DNA of 61,027 nucleotides, the filler included. It is 8 parts of 8 records of this genome, joined end to end, with 100 filler letters (N's around TTAATTAATTAA, not from the genome) between each part and the next. Parts side by side here need not be neighbours in the genome. Positions count along the whole stretch, not along the records: positions 29,568 to 35,119 come from SRR31147125_76445; positions 35,220 to 44,199 come from SRR31147125_76500; 6 more parts are not named here. The stretch is one strand, 5' to 3'. The notes beneath the pieces are model-generated. The model saw only the letters and a program-made list of their open reading frames with translations, had not been told where the DNA came from and searched no databases. Shown piece after piece: positions 29,468 through 40,633 of this stretch (positions are counted from its first letter, which is position 1; each line of letters starts with the position of its first letter). A program made the position numbers and the translations under genes.

Positions 29468-29567
29468 NNNNNNNNNNNNNNNNNNNNNNNNNNNNNNNNN
29501 NNNNNNNNNNNTTAATTAATTAANNNNNNNNNNNNNNNNNNNNNNNNNNNNNNNNNNNNNNNNNNNN
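29468..29567. other. Artificial contig spacer
   Basis: N44-TTAATTAATTAA-N44. Confidence 0.99.
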
Positions 29568-30665
29568 CTTGAAGAATACTGGTGGTGTACCAAGCAGGCG
29601 CTTCTTCATGGTGAAAATGGCCCGGATGTCATGGTCGATGACGGCGGTGATGCGACTCTAATGATCCATGAAGGTGTAAAACTTGAAAAAGCATATGCCA
29701 AGAGCGGCAAGCCACCAAAGATCACTATAGATAATAAAGAACTGAAGATCGTTCAAAAGCTTGTTCTTGAAGATATTGAGAAGTTTCCTCAACGCTGGCA
29801 GAATATTGCAGAGAATCTTCGTGGTGTTAGCGAAGAAACCACGACAGGTGTTGCGCGGCTTTACCAGATGATGGAAAACGGAGAACTCCTATTTCCGGCC
29901 ATCAATGTGAATAATTCCGTAACCAAGTCCAAATTTGACAACCTCTACGGTTGCCGAGAATCGCTTGCTGATGGAATTAAACGTGCCACAGATGTTATGG
30001 TTGCGGGAAAAACTGTAGTCGTTTGTGGATATGGTGATGTAGGTAAGGGTTGTGCGCAATCTATGCGTGGATTGGGTGCACGTGTCCTGATCACTGAGAT
30101 CGACCCCATATGCGCTTTGCAAGCCGCAATGGAGGGGTATGAAGTCGGATTGATGGATGACTTTGCCGGGAAAGGCGATATCTTCGTTACTGCAACCGGA
30201 AATTGTGATGTGATCACGACCGATCATATGGAAGAAATGAAAGACAAGGCGATTGTTTGCAATATCGGTCATTTTGATAACGAGATCCAGGTTGACGATC
30301 TTTATGCTCTGCCGGGTGTAAAAAAAGTGAATGTTAAACCACAGGTAGACCAGATCGTATTTTCAGATGGACATTCGATTATTCTTCTGTCGGAAGGTCG
30401 TTTAGTTAATCTTGGTAATGCAACCGGCCACCCTTCTTTTGTTATGAGCAATTCATTTTCCAATCAGGTCTTGGCACAGATCGAACTCTGGCAGAATAAA
30501 CATGAACTGGGTGTTTATACTTTGCCCAAGCATTTGGATGAAGAAGTAGCCAGAATGCATTTAAGTAAACTGGGTGTAAAACTGACGGAAATGACGAAAA
30601 AACAATCCAAATATCTCGGTATTGGTAAGGATGGTCCATATAAATCGGACCAATATCGTTACTGA
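29568..30665 (+). CDS. ahcY: Adenosylhomocysteinase (5' truncated)
   Basis: [56 protein letters not shown]-terminal YRY. Confidence 0.97.
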   Translation, partial: LEEYWWCTKQALLHGENGPDVMVDDGGDATLMIHEGVKLEKAYAKSGKPPKITIDNKELKIVQKLVLEDIEKFPQRWQNIAENLRGVSEETTTGVARLYQMMENGELLFPAINVNNSVTKSKFDNLYGCRESLADGIKRATDVMVAGKTVVVCGYGDVGKGCAQSMRGLGARVLITEIDPICALQAAMEGYEVGLMDDFAGKGDIFVTATGNCDVITTDHMEEMKDKAIVCNIGHFDNEIQVDDLYALPGVKKVNVKPQVDQIVFSDGHSIILLSEGRLVNLGNATGHPSFVMSNSFSNQVLAQIELWQNKHELGVYTLPKHLDEEVARMHLSKLGVKLTEMTKKQSKYLGIGKDGPYKSDQYRY

Positions 30666-30682
30666 GGTCACAGATTTCGAAT

Positions 30683-30711
30683 AAAAGGAGAATTTAGTTC
30701 TCCCTTTTTTT
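30683..30711 (+). terminator. Rho-independent terminator after ahcY
   Basis: GGAGAA-tttag-TTCTCC followed by C and T7. Confidence 0.6.
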
Positions 30712-30748
30712 ATTTATGCCTTATTTTTCGCTGTTAACAGAGGAAATA

Positions 30749-32971
30749 ATGACAGACATACTTACAGGGCTGAATGAACGCCAACGCGAAGCCGTAATGA
30801 TCACAGATGGCCCCTTACTGATCTTTGCAGGAGCCGGCTCGGGCAAGACCCGCGTATTGACCAGAAAGATCGCATATCTTCTTGAACAAAGGAAAACAGT
30901 TTCTTATCGAATTCTTGCCGTAACCTTTACCAACAAAGCCGCCAAAGAAATGCAGGAAAGAGTTACCGAATTGCTGGGCCCGGGAAATACTGTTAATATT
31001 GGTACTTTTCATAGTATAGGCGCCCGAATTTTAAGATCTGAAAAAATGGCAGAGGGATATTCTCCGGATTTTACGATCTATGACACGAAAGACCAAAAAT
31101 CTTTGATCAATGAAAGTATTAAAAAACTAAATTTAGATCCGAAAGTATTACCGGTATCCGCGGCAGCGCATTTTATCAGCAAACAGAAACAGCAGTTGCT
31201 GCAACCGGCTGAAGTTGAAAGCAAGGGCGGTAGTGAGTATATGTATAAAAATCTTTGTGCCGTTTACAAAGAATATGATAAAAGCATGCGTAGCAATAAT
31301 GCCTATGATTTTGACGATTTGCTCATGCGTCCAACCCTGATGTTCCGTGAACATCCCGAGATCGCAGAAAAGTATCGTAATCGCTGGGATTATATTCTGG
31401 TGGATGAATATCAAGATACGAATCATGTTCAGTTCCAGCTTGTTAAGCTTTTTTCGGAAAGAACGCAAAATATCTGTGTGGTTGGTGATGATGATCAATC
31501 CATTTACGGTTGGCGTGGTGCCGATATCAATAATATTCTTGATTTTGAGTCAACATTCCCAGCAGCTCAAACAGTAAAACTTGAACAAAATTATCGCAGT
31601 ACAAAAACTATCATTGAAGCCGCTTCAGCCATGATCAAGGGAAATGGGCATAGAGCGGAAAAGAGCTTATGGACGGAAGGTAAAATTGGCGAGAAGATCA
31701 TTCATAAAGAATGTGAACGCGATTTTAAAGAAGCCGATTATATTGCCGATGCCATTAAGTATTCAAGCAGACCATTGCGAAGTTTTGCGGTACTTTACCG
31801 AACCAACGCTCAGTCTAGAATGTTAGAAGAGGCTTTGCGCATTCGAGGTATCCGATATATTCTGGTGGGTGGTGTTAAATTCTATGAACGTAAAGAGATC
31901 AAAGATATCCTGGCTTACCTAAATGTTTTGATCAATTCGCGCGATGTTGTGAACCTGAAACGCGCTATCAATACTCCCCGACGAGGAATAGGGGAGACCA
32001 GCATAAATCGAATGGAATCATTTGCTTTAGAAACAAAACGAACACTATGGGAAGCTCTGCAGTATCCGGAACAAGCGGGTATTGCCGCTGCAACATCCAA
32101 GCGCATCAATAAGTTTATGCACATGATGAGCGGTTTGCGGGAGAAAATGAGCACAATGAATCCTTCGGATTTCGTAATGGAAGTTCTGGAACAAAGCGAA
32201 TTGCTTTTTGAATATCAAGATAAAAAAGACCCCGAATTACGGGAGCGTTTTGAAAACCAGAACGAATTCATCAATGGTGTGAAACTATTCGAGAATTATA
32301 ATGAAGGCGCGACGATCGAAGATTTCTTGCAGGAAGTATCGTTGCTTTCTGATATCGACCAATGGGAAGATACGGGAGATGCCGTTACTTTGATGACCAT
32401 CCACAGCGCAAAGGGACTTGAGTTCAGACATGTGTTCATAGCCGGAATGGAAGAAGGTTTGTTTCCGCTGGAAAAAACGCGAATGAACCCAAAGGAAATG
32501 GAAGAGGAACGCCGTTTGTTCTATGTTGCCCTAACTCGTGCTATGGAAAATGTCACCATTACTTCCACTCAATTGAGAATGCGTTTTGGTACGACCATGG
32601 GCGCAACACCATCACTTTTTCTTTCAGAGATCCCGGACCAATATATTGATCGTCAGAAAGTCAAAAGAAAGCGACCTTTTGCTGATACAGGCAGAAGCTT
32701 TGGAAGTAGGCCGACAACATCCAGAAGTCAGAGACCAGAGACCAGAAGTCAGAGGCCGGAAGTCAGGGGCCGAAAAAAGGAAGATGTTATTATCACGCCT
32801 ATTAAAGCTCCAACACCCGGATCTGTGTCTATCGGTGACAGGGTTGCCCACAAAATGTTTGGGAAAGGGCGGGTCCGGAGTATTATTCGCTCCTCACAGA
32901 TCTTGCTGAAGATCGAATTTGATAATGGAACCAATAAAACCATCGCAGAAAAATTTGTAGAGAAAATATGA
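30749..32971 (+). CDS. pcrA: ATP-dependent DNA helicase PcrA/UvrD
   Basis: AGAGSGKTRVLT, TFTNKAAKEM, VDEYQDTN, VGDDDQSIYGWRGA, LEQNYRS, TIHSAKGLEF, EEERRLFYVALTRA; C-terminal Tudor-like GDRVAHKMFGKG. Confidence 0.95.
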   Translation: MTDILTGLNERQREAVMITDGPLLIFAGAGSGKTRVLTRKIAYLLEQRKTVSYRILAVTFTNKAAKEMQERVTELLGPGNTVNIGTFHSIGARILRSEKMAEGYSPDFTIYDTKDQKSLINESIKKLNLDPKVLPVSAAAHFISKQKQQLLQPAEVESKGGSEYMYKNLCAVYKEYDKSMRSNNAYDFDDLLMRPTLMFREHPEIAEKYRNRWDYILVDEYQDTNHVQFQLVKLFSERTQNICVVGDDDQSIYGWRGADINNILDFESTFPAAQTVKLEQNYRSTKTIIEAASAMIKGNGHRAEKSLWTEGKIGEKIIHKECERDFKEADYIADAIKYSSRPLRSFAVLYRTNAQSRMLEEALRIRGIRYILVGGVKFYERKEIKDILAYLNVLINSRDVVNLKRAINTPRRGIGETSINRMESFALETKRTLWEALQYPEQAGIAAATSKRINKFMHMMSGLREKMSTMNPSDFVMEVLEQSELLFEYQDKKDPELRERFENQNEFINGVKLFENYNEGATIEDFLQEVSLLSDIDQWEDTGDAVTLMTIHSAKGLEFRHVFIAGMEEGLFPLEKTRMNPKEMEEERRLFYVALTRAMENVTITSTQLRMRFGTTMGATPSLFLSEIPDQYIDRQKVKRKRPFADTGRSFGSRPTTSRSQRPETRSQRPEVRGRKKEDVIITPIKAPTPGSVSIGDRVAHKMFGKGRVRSIIRSSQILLKIEFDNGTNKTIAEKFVEKI
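32721..32776 (+). repeat. Degenerate 7-bp tandem repeat (8 units) inside the pcrA linker
   Basis: ccagaag tcagaga ccagaga ccagaag tcagagg ccggaag tcagggg ccgaaaa. Confidence 0.8.
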
Positions 32972-33639
32972 AAAGACTCCAATTGATATCTTATGATTTT
33001 GACGGCACATTGTGCCACACCCTGCCGGATATTGTGAACAGTATGAACGTAGTATTGAAAGAGAACGGTTTTAGAGGCATATCGGAAGCAAAAGTACGCA
33101 GTTTTATCGGTAGTGGTATTTCTAAATTGGTAGAACGATCAGTCTATTGTGCTCTTGCGGGAGATAATAATGATCCGGTTCCGGATGAATTATTGAAAAA
33201 AGTAACGACAGAAATGGGAGAGCATTATACTCATCATTTGATGGACAATTCTTACCTTTATGAGGACAGTATTGATATCCTGGAATATTTCAAGGATATT
33301 CCTCAGATCATCGTATCCAATAAGCCGCAAAAAATGCTTGAGATCATGTGCGAGCATTACGGTATTTTAGATTATTTTGATCTGATCGTTGGGGGTGATA
33401 CTCTAGATGTTTGCAAGCCGCACACAAAGGTTTGGGATTACGTTAAAGACAAATTAAATCTGAAGGAAAATATATCGGGTTTAATGATCGGTGATAGTTT
33501 GCCTGATCTGCGTTTTGGAAAAATAGCCGGATTAACAGCTATTGCCGTCACTTACGGTTACAACGACCTTCCCGTTTTGAAAGAGGAAGGTGCCGATCTG
33601 TTTATAGATAAGCTGAGTGAACTGAAAAAGCTTTATTAA
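32968..33639 (+). CDS. gph: HAD-IA hydrolase, phosphoglycolate phosphatase-like
   Basis: YDFDGTL, SNKP, KP, MIGDSLPD..G..AG, VTYGY; ATGA overlap with pcrA. Confidence 0.8.
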   Translation: MKRLQLISYDFDGTLCHTLPDIVNSMNVVLKENGFRGISEAKVRSFIGSGISKLVERSVYCALAGDNNDPVPDELLKKVTTEMGEHYTHHLMDNSYLYEDSIDILEYFKDIPQIIVSNKPQKMLEIMCEHYGILDYFDLIVGGDTLDVCKPHTKVWDYVKDKLNLKENISGLMIGDSLPDLRFGKIAGLTAIAVTYGYNDLPVLKEEGADLFIDKLSELKKLY

Positions 33640-33665
33640 AGTAGGCATACATCGTGGGGGATGAT

Positions 33666-34613
33666 ATGAAGAAACTATTCTTATTACTACTTGTTTTATC
33701 ATGGTGTTTTGCAGGAGATCTGAACCTGATGTTTTGGAATGTCGAAAATTTATTCGACGTCGAAGATGATCCCAAAAAACGAGATAACGATTTTCTTCCC
33801 GGTGGGGCAAAACGCTATACATACCGTAGCCTTTCATTAAAAGTCCAACATTTGGCGGATGTGATCAATCGTGTTGATCCCGATCTTTTGGCTATGGTGG
33901 AAGTGGAAAATGAACGAACACTGAAATACCTTTGCGCAGAATTGCGTCATTCGGAGGATTGGACAATCGTCATTGATGACGGTCCGGATATTCGCGGTAT
34001 TGACCCCGCTCTGATCTATCGAAATGATAAGTTTATTTATTGCTCTCATGAATATTATCCCGTTTTCATTGAAGAAAGAGGATATCATAGCCGACCGATC
34101 ATGCGAGTAGACTTGGCTATTCGGAATGCCTCGGACACCTTGTCTGTTTTTATCAATCACTGGCCTTCGCGACGTGGTGGGAAAAGTCACTCCGATAAAT
34201 TCAGGAACTATGCGGCGGAGTGTCTGATAAAAGCTGTAAATAAAACGATGGAAACACATAGGAATTATCGATGTGTCATAACGGGTGATTTTAATGATGA
34301 TCGACAGGATGAATGTGTGCGCCTTTTAGAACAAGCCGGAATGGCTTATTGTGCAAAAACCATGCCCAAAGGTGTAAAAGGAACATACTATCATGATGGA
34401 GAATGGATACATTTTGATCATTATCTGATATTTAACTTTATTTCCGAAGATATGTCTATACGATCATGTCACATTCTGGCACCTTATTGGATAAGGGAGA
34501 AAGAAACAAATGGGCCATTTCGCTATTATAAAGGATTGGAAACTTTAGGTGGATATTCAGACCATTTCCCAATTTTGCTGAAACTGGCAATAAAAAGGAA
34601 ATATGTTGAATAA
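33666..34613 (+). CDS. Secreted endonuclease/exonuclease/phosphatase family protein
   Basis: Signal peptide; WNVENLFD, EVEN, D.RGID, NHWPSRRGG, GDFND, GGYSDHFP. Confidence 0.9.
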   Translation: MKKLFLLLLVLSWCFAGDLNLMFWNVENLFDVEDDPKKRDNDFLPGGAKRYTYRSLSLKVQHLADVINRVDPDLLAMVEVENERTLKYLCAELRHSEDWTIVIDDGPDIRGIDPALIYRNDKFIYCSHEYYPVFIEERGYHSRPIMRVDLAIRNASDTLSVFINHWPSRRGGKSHSDKFRNYAAECLIKAVNKTMETHRNYRCVITGDFNDDRQDECVRLLEQAGMAYCAKTMPKGVKGTYYHDGEWIHFDHYLIFNFISEDMSIRSCHILAPYWIREKETNGPFRYYKGLETLGGYSDHFPILLKLAIKRKYVE

Positions 34614-34655
34614 TAAGCGCATGAATGCTAAATTCTTTGCAATTGCGGGCAAAAC

Positions 34656-35119
34656 ATGAAAACGTATATTTTAGCGACACATAACAGGGATAAGATCAAA
34701 GAGTTCAAAAGCAAGCTCGGGAGCTCCATATGTCTTAAAACATTGGAAGATTATCCCGATCTTCCAGATGTGATCGAAGACCGCGATACACTTGAAGGTA
34801 ATGCTCTTAAGAAAGCTCAAGAAATACATGAATATACCGGTTTGCCTGCCATTGCAGATGATACCGGACTTGAGGTGGATGCCTTGAATGGAGCACCTGG
34901 AGTTTATTCAAGCAGATATGCGGGTGAAAACGTTTCATATCAAGATAATGTGATCAAGCTATTAAGTGAACTAAAAGGACTAAAGTCGGAACAACGCGGA
35001 GCCAGATTCCGTACAAGCATCGCCTTCGTTGATGCAAATGAAAGCTGGACAGTTCACGCATCGGCCGAAGGACGTATTCTTGAAGAGCAACGGGGTGAAG
35101 ATGGCTTTGGGTACGATCC
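34656..35119 (+). CDS. rdgB: dITP/XTP pyrophosphatase (3' truncated)
   Basis: LATHN.DK.KE, NALKKA, ADDTGLEVDALNGAPGVYSSRYAG, GFGYD. Confidence 0.93.
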
Positions 35120-35219
35120 NNNNNNNNNNNNNNNNNNNNNNNNNNNNNNNNNNNNNNNNNNNNTTAATTAATTAANNNNNNNNNNNNNNNNNNNNNNNNN
35201 NNNNNNNNNNNNNNNNNNN
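35120..35219. other. Artificial contig spacer
   Basis: N44-TTAATTAATTAA-N44. Confidence 0.99.
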
Positions 35220-35708
35220 GCCCTGGAACGTCTTGAACATGAGGTTGAATTTACGAATGTCCGTAAATTCCGACTTGCCGCAGCCGGGGCATACGATGCC
35301 CTTGTCGCGGATATACGCGATGAGATCGTCGCTCGTCATGGCCTCCACGGCGACATCCGTCACGCCGTTGGCCTCATTCCATTCTTCGGCGAGCTTGTCC
35401 GCGCGGTGGCGCATTTTACACGCCTTGCAGTCTATAAGCGGGTCGTTGAACGTGGCAACGTGGCCGGAGGCCACCCACACCTGCGGGTTCATCAAAATGG
35501 CCGAGTCAATCCCGACGTTGTGCGGGCTCTCCTGCACAAACTTCTTCCACCAGGCGCGCTTAATATTATTTTTCAGCTCCACGCCCAGCGGGCCGTAGTC
35601 CCAGGTGTTGGCCAGTCCCCCGTATATCTCGCTCCCCGCATAAACGAAGCCGCGCCCCTTGCAGAGCGCAACGATCTTGTCCATCGTCTTATCTATATTT
35701 GACAGCAT
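35220..35708 (-). CDS. glyQS: Glycine-tRNA ligase, homodimeric type (3' truncated)
   Basis: [48 protein letters not shown]. Confidence 0.93.
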
Positions 35709-36162
35709 ATTTCCTCCCGAGTAATCTTTTTAAAACTCTGTAAAGCGGCCAAACCCGCCAACAGATAAATATACCAATAAATTATAACCGATATGGATGC
35801 GTTGTCAACTGTTGGCACATCTGAATTTCGTGATGTTTTAACCGTTACGCTTGCAATTATGACGCATTTCGCTTAAAATTATTTGCCGGCGTTTTTAAAC
35901 GACGTCGAAAAATGAGCTGACGGTGGTCAAAACGGCTGTTTTCTCCCGAATATATGGATAAGCCGGTAAACAACGATTGAACATTAATTCAGCAATTTGA
36001 CCATGCATTCAGCTTTTCGATTATTAAACACTATTCCAATCACTTTATACCCGGCATAACATTGGATTTACATGAATTTACCATTATTGAATTCTTATTC
36101 AGCCCGGTTTGATACAAATTGGGTATGAACAACGATACAGGATTTTACCACTGGAGGACAGC

Positions 36163-38025
36163 ATGGCATTTGACGCCGGACAATTTGATATCGCCGTGAT
36201 CGGCGCGGGCCATGCAGGGATCGAAGCCGCGCTGGCGTCAGCGCGCCTGGGCTTGAAAACCATTTGCTTCACGATCAATCTCGACGCCGTGGGCAATATG
36301 CCGTGCAATCCGGCCATCGGCGGCACCGGTAAGGGCCATCTTGTTCGCGAGCTGGACGCGCTTGGCGGCGAAATGGCGCGGGCGGCCGACTTGTCGTGCA
36401 TCCAATACCGGCTTTTAAACCGCGGTAAAGGCCCTGCCGTCCATTCGCTCCGCGCCCAGGCCGACCGGCGCAAATACCAGGACCTTACGAAGCACACGCT
36501 CGAGCGTCAGGACAACCTGACGCTTAAACAGGGGGAAATTACCGAAATAACCGTCAGGGACGGCGCGGTCACGTCCGTCCTTACTGAAACAGGCGCGCGC
36601 TACGACGTGAAAGCCGCCGTGATCTGCACCGGGACGTACCTGGCCGGGCGGACAATTGTCGGCGACGCGGTCCGCGAGGGCGGACCGGACGGGATGTTCG
36701 CCGCTACCAAACTAGGCGAAAATCTGAAAGCGCTCGGTCTTGAAATCCGCCGCTTTAAAACCGGCACACCGCCGCGCATCAATAAGCGGGGCGTCGATTT
36801 CTCCAAAATGGAGCTGCAGCCCGGCGACGAGGACCCGCTCCCCTTTTCCTTTGAGACGACCCAACCGCCCGAAAACAGCGCGGTCTGCTGGCTGACGTAC
36901 ACAAACGAAGAGACGCACGAGATTATCCGGCAGAATCTGAGCCGCAGCCCGCTGTTTTCCGGCGTCATTGAAGGCGTCGGCCCGCGATACTGCCCGTCTA
37001 TTGAGGGCAAGATTGTCACGTTCCCCGACAAAAAGCGCCATCAGCTGTTTATCGAGCCGATGGGACTTACGACAGACGAGCTGTATATCCAGGGCTTTTC
37101 CTCGTCGCTGCCCGAGGAGGTCCAGCTGCAGATGCTGCGCACGATCCCCGGCCTTGAAAACGCCGAAATGATGCGCTGTGCCTACGCCATTGAGTATGAC
37201 TGCGTCGATCCCACGGAATTGTTACCAACGCTTGAAACAAAAAAAATACAGGGCCTTTACGGGGCCGGACAGTTTAACGGCTCGTCGGGCTACGAGGAGG
37301 CCGCCGTTCAGGGCTTTGTCGCCGGCGTTAACGCCGCGCTTAAAATTCTCGGCAGCGAACCGCTCATCATCCGGCGCGACGAGGGCTATATCGGCGCGCT
37401 TATTGACGATCTTGTCACAAAGGGCACCAACGAGCCGTACCGTATGATGACGTCCCGCTCCGAGTACCGTCTATATCACCGTCAGGACAACGCCGACATC
37501 CGTCTGGCCCATCACGGTCACAGGATTGGCCTCGTCTCTGACGAGCGCTACCAGCGGATATTGGACAAATATAAAGCCGTCGACCGCGAGATCGCCCGGC
37601 TGGAAAAAACGCATCTGCCGCCGACAGAGGCGCTCAATGCTCTGCTCAAGGAAAAGGGTACGGCGGAGGTCGTGTCGGGCGTCAGCCTTGCCGCGCTTCT
37701 GCGCCGCCCCCAGATTGATTACGCCAGCCTTGCCCCGTTTGACCGGGAGCGCCCCGCGCTCGACAAGGCTGTTGCCGAGCAGGCTGAGATATCGGTTAAA
37801 TACGAGGGGTATATCAAGCGCCAGATGCGTCAGGTCGCGGAAATGCGCCGCATGGAGGACGTCAAGCTCCCGCAGGACCTGGATTATGACAGCATGCAGG
37901 GCCTACGATTGGAAGCCCGCCAAAAGCTCACGCAGATCAAGCCATTGAACCTCGGCCAGGCCTCCCGCATCAGCGGCGTGTCCCCTGCCGACATTGCCGC
38001 GCTGATGATCTATTTGGGGAAATAA
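36163..38025 (+). CDS. mnmG: tRNA U34 carboxymethylaminomethyl modification enzyme MnmG/GidA
   Basis: [65 protein letters not shown]; start after GGAGG. Confidence 0.97.
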   Translation: MAFDAGQFDIAVIGAGHAGIEAALASARLGLKTICFTINLDAVGNMPCNPAIGGTGKGHLVRELDALGGEMARAADLSCIQYRLLNRGKGPAVHSLRAQADRRKYQDLTKHTLERQDNLTLKQGEITEITVRDGAVTSVLTETGARYDVKAAVICTGTYLAGRTIVGDAVREGGPDGMFAATKLGENLKALGLEIRRFKTGTPPRINKRGVDFSKMELQPGDEDPLPFSFETTQPPENSAVCWLTYTNEETHEIIRQNLSRSPLFSGVIEGVGPRYCPSIEGKIVTFPDKKRHQLFIEPMGLTTDELYIQGFSSSLPEEVQLQMLRTIPGLENAEMMRCAYAIEYDCVDPTELLPTLETKKIQGLYGAGQFNGSSGYEEAAVQGFVAGVNAALKILGSEPLIIRRDEGYIGALIDDLVTKGTNEPYRMMTSRSEYRLYHRQDNADIRLAHHGHRIGLVSDERYQRILDKYKAVDREIARLEKTHLPPTEALNALLKEKGTAEVVSGVSLAALLRRPQIDYASLAPFDRERPALDKAVAEQAEISVKYEGYIKRQMRQVAEMRRMEDVKLPQDLDYDSMQGLRLEARQKLTQIKPLNLGQASRISGVSPADIAALMIYLGK

Positions 38026-38043
38026 GATTCAGACGAGTAGCTA

Positions 38044-38071
38044 ACAGCCCGCAGCGGATGCTGCGGGCTGT
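38044..38071. terminator. Hairpin between convergent genes
   Basis: ACAGCCCGCAGC-ggat-GCTGCGGGCTGT, a perfect 12-bp stem. Confidence 0.75.
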
Positions 38072-38100
38072 CTTGTAGTTTGAATGATAGTATTTGATTA

Positions 38101-38391
38101 TTAGCCATTACGTTTACTGTTAACGAGCTTCATAAGTTTCTTTCTAGTAAAAACAATAAATTTATATTTCTTCCCATTCTTTAATGTTACTAAAATTGCA
38201 GAAAAAATAAGTAAGGATCGGCAAGAAAAAATACTTACGATTTCACAGTATGGTATTCTAATGGATTTCATGCATTCCGGTAATTGAAGTTTATTGGTTT
38301 TAAAAACCAGTTCATTATCTGTCAAAGCCAACCCGCCGCCGTGGGCTCCTTCATAACACAAGCTGACCCAAAACACCCTATACATATGCAC
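38101..38391 (-). CDS. Small hypothetical protein, possible PH-like fold
   Basis: GGLALTDNELVF..IRIPYCEI pattern; visibly more AT-rich than its neighbours. Confidence 0.55.
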   Translation of the reverse strand: MHMYRVFWVSLCYEGAHGGGLALTDNELVFKTNKLQLPECMKSIRIPYCEIVSIFSCRSLLIFSAILVTLKNGKKYKFIVFTRKKLMKLVNSKRNG

Positions 38392-38499
38392 ACCTGCCTA
38401 TTATTATGGATAATTTGCTATTCGACCGTACTAGGATAGCACATTTGACAAGGATGGATCCGACAAACGGCTAATGGCCGTCCCTACGGCGTTTATGTA

Positions 38500-38847
38500 T
38501 TACGGCTTGATATACGCAAACCCGTCCATTTGCCTGTCCACCAGCTCCCGGACCCCGGCGGGCACGATATCAACAAATGGATACAGCAGTTCTTTTTCAA
38601 TGTTAAGCCCATTTAGCGCGTTGTTGCACGCGACAAATCGGACGTCCTGCTTGGACAGATTGTCCATGGCCAAAAACGTCTCGCCGAAACGATCCTCGGC
38701 ATAGGCTTTGACGGCTTCCGAATTTGCCAGCACCTCTATTGTTTTAACATCCGTTTCGTCGAAGGACTTCAGCAGATTTGCGACGTTATTAAGAAGCAGC
38801 TTCCATTTTGGCATTTCATCAATGTGAAAAACGACCTTGATAGGCAT
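38500..38847 (-). CDS. DsrE-family protein
   Basis: KVVFHID, NVANL, IEVLAN, FVACNNAL, VPAGVREL..Q..GFAYIKP; RBS AAGGAG. Confidence 0.85.
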   Translation of the reverse strand: MPIKVVFHIDEMPKWKLLLNNVANLLKSFDETDVKTIEVLANSEAVKAYAEDRFGETFLAMDNLSKQDVRFVACNNALNGLNIEKELLYPFVDIVPAGVRELVDRQMDGFAYIKP

Positions 38848-38896
38848 ATCCCTTCTCCTTTTAGTCAGATATTAATTGGACTGCTTTCGTGACAGA

Positions 38897-39346
38897 TTAT
38901 ATGACGCCGTTGCGCCGGTCCCAAATTGTTGCGTCAAGCAGGGCCAAAAGCTCGGCACAATCGGCGGTATAGGTGTTGCTCCCCTCTTCGTTTTGGGCAC
39001 TTAAAACATCGTCATTGATGATCCGAATGACGTCGGAGGAGCCGTCGTCATGCCAGCAGCGGATCTGATAGACAGTCACTGTCGGATTAAATTCTGATTC
39101 TGCTTTCGGGTCCGGCTCCTGCATATCCAGATTGTTAATATAGCCGATGATCTCTTCAATCCGCGCCCTGTCCGTAACCGTAAAATTATTGCCGCCGGAC
39201 GGTTCTATTTCAAATGTAATGCTGCCCACTTCCCCGGCGTCCATCGGGAACATCGTGTTATCTTTGGTCAGGACAAGGATCAGGATTATTGAAACGGCGG
39301 CAACCGCAACAACTGAACCGATTAGTATAAAAAACCTTTTCATCAA
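38897..39346 (-). CDS. Hypothetical membrane-anchored protein
   Basis: N-terminal TM helix and acidic extracytoplasmic domain. Confidence 0.6.
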   Translation of the reverse strand: MMKRFFILIGSVVAVAAVSIILILVLTKDNTMFPMDAGEVGSITFEIEPSGGNNFTVTDRARIEEIIGYINNLDMQEPDPKAESEFNPTVTVYQIRCWHDDGSSDVIRIINDDVLSAQNEEGSNTYTADCAELLALLDATIWDRRNGVI

Positions 39347-39428
39347 GAGCCTTTCTATGTACGCAGAGTATTCGCTCGCTTATTCCGCCAGGGGGCGCGG
39401 CCGGGTTGCTGGAAGCACCACCGCCAAG

Positions 39429-39821
39429 TTAGAGTCTGCTAATAATTATTAAAAATAAAAGGACGACCAAAACAAAGAGAATCATACCCAGTGCAATCAG
39501 CGCGATCTTTAAGCCCTTGGGTTTAGGCTTTTTATAATAGCCACGCGAGCCGGTGCTGGCCGCTTTTGCCCGCCGGGACTGGTATTCGGCCACAAAGGCT
39601 GCTGTATTTTGAGAGTTTAACTGCTCGTCATACGCTTTTCGGGATGCGGGATGACGAAGCGTCTTATACGCCTCGACGATTTCGTGTGTTTTGGTGGCCG
39701 CGAACTGTTTATCTCCCTGATATTTATCGGGATGAAAAGCGATGATCATCTGACGATAGGCTTTTTTAATGTCAGCATCATTCGCCGTACGGCTTATTCC
39801 GAGTACATCGTAATACGTCAT
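39429..39821 (-). CDS. J-domain protein with C-terminal TM anchor
   Basis: YYDVLGISRTA..IKKAYR..HPDK..AYKTL..RKAYD; hydrophobic C-terminus. Confidence 0.85.
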   Translation of the reverse strand: MTYYDVLGISRTANDADIKKAYRQMIIAFHPDKYQGDKQFAATKTHEIVEAYKTLRHPASRKAYDEQLNSQNTAAFVAEYQSRRAKAASTGSRGYYKKPKPKGLKIALIALGMILFVLVVLLFLIIISRL

Positions 39822-39962
39822 CAGAGCACCTTCCCGGGTTTCTCAAAATACTTAAGTATGGATACATATTATACCACTTTTTGTATCTATTTGTCGATGA
39901 TTTCCTGTCCCGAATTAACGACGTATGGCTTTAACCGGTCAGCGCTGGGAAAACCTATGTAA

Positions 39963-39990
39963 TAAGGCAGCCCGAAAACGGGCTGCCTTA
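39963..39990 (-). terminator. Terminator-like hairpin downstream of yjbQ
   Basis: TAAGGCAGCCCG-aaaa-CGGGCTGCCTTA perfect stem. Confidence 0.75.
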
Positions 39991-40032
39991 ACTATTGTAA
40001 TTTATTAAAATTGCAAATATTGAGAAGTCCCA

Positions 40033-40434
40033 TTAGCCCTCAAGTGTTTTGACATAGAATTTGCGGCTGCGCGGCCCGTCAAATTCACAGAAATAAATCC
40101 CTTGCCAGGTGCCCAGTACGAGCCGTCCGTCCTCTATAATAACCGTTACGCTCGACCCGACATAGCTGGCCTTCAGGTGCGCGGCCGAATTGCCCTCGGC
40201 GTGGCGGAACTCGGCGCAGTCCGGCAACGCGCGGGACAAACCCAGCAACAGGTCTCGTACCACGTCGGGGTCGGCATTTTCGTTGATCGTGATGCCCGCC
40301 GTGGTGTGCGGGCAGTATACGACACACATGCCGTTTTTAACGCCGCTTTTTGCCAGAGACTTTTTCACGCTGGCTGTGATATTCGTAAAGCCCTCGACAG
40401 CCGTATTTAAGCTATGCTGCTCCAGCATATTCAA
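40033..40434 (-). CDS. yjbQ: YjbQ/UPF0047 family protein
   Basis: PHTTAGITINENADPDV, HAEGNSAAHLKAS, LGTWQGIYFCEFDGPRSR. Confidence 0.92.
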   Translation of the reverse strand: MNMLEQHSLNTAVEGFTNITASVKKSLAKSGVKNGMCVVYCPHTTAGITINENADPDVVRDLLLGLSRALPDCAEFRHAEGNSAAHLKASYVGSSVTVIIEDGRLVLGTWQGIYFCEFDGPRSRKFYVKTLEG

Positions 40435-40633
40435 ACCCCTTCCCTCTGTCAGTATTACGGCTTTATTATATCACCGTTAATATTGTTCAGCCAGCACTGT
40501 TTTTTCTCGCAGTACAGACTCAGCGCCGCATCGAAAAGACAGAGAATATTAGGGGCAAACGGAACGAATACCTCAAAATAAAAACGACGAAAACGGATAA
40601 AGCAGCGAAAGATGACAGACTATAATCCGCGAG

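Noticed and set aside
29059-30665. ahcY next to the B12-radical SAM lipid cluster as SAH recycling for the pathway
   Set aside because: They are on different contigs separated by a spacer, so the adjacency is artificial.
35709-36162. T-box riboswitch upstream of glyQS
   Set aside because: I found no GGTGGTACC-type T-box or matching terminator on the minus strand.
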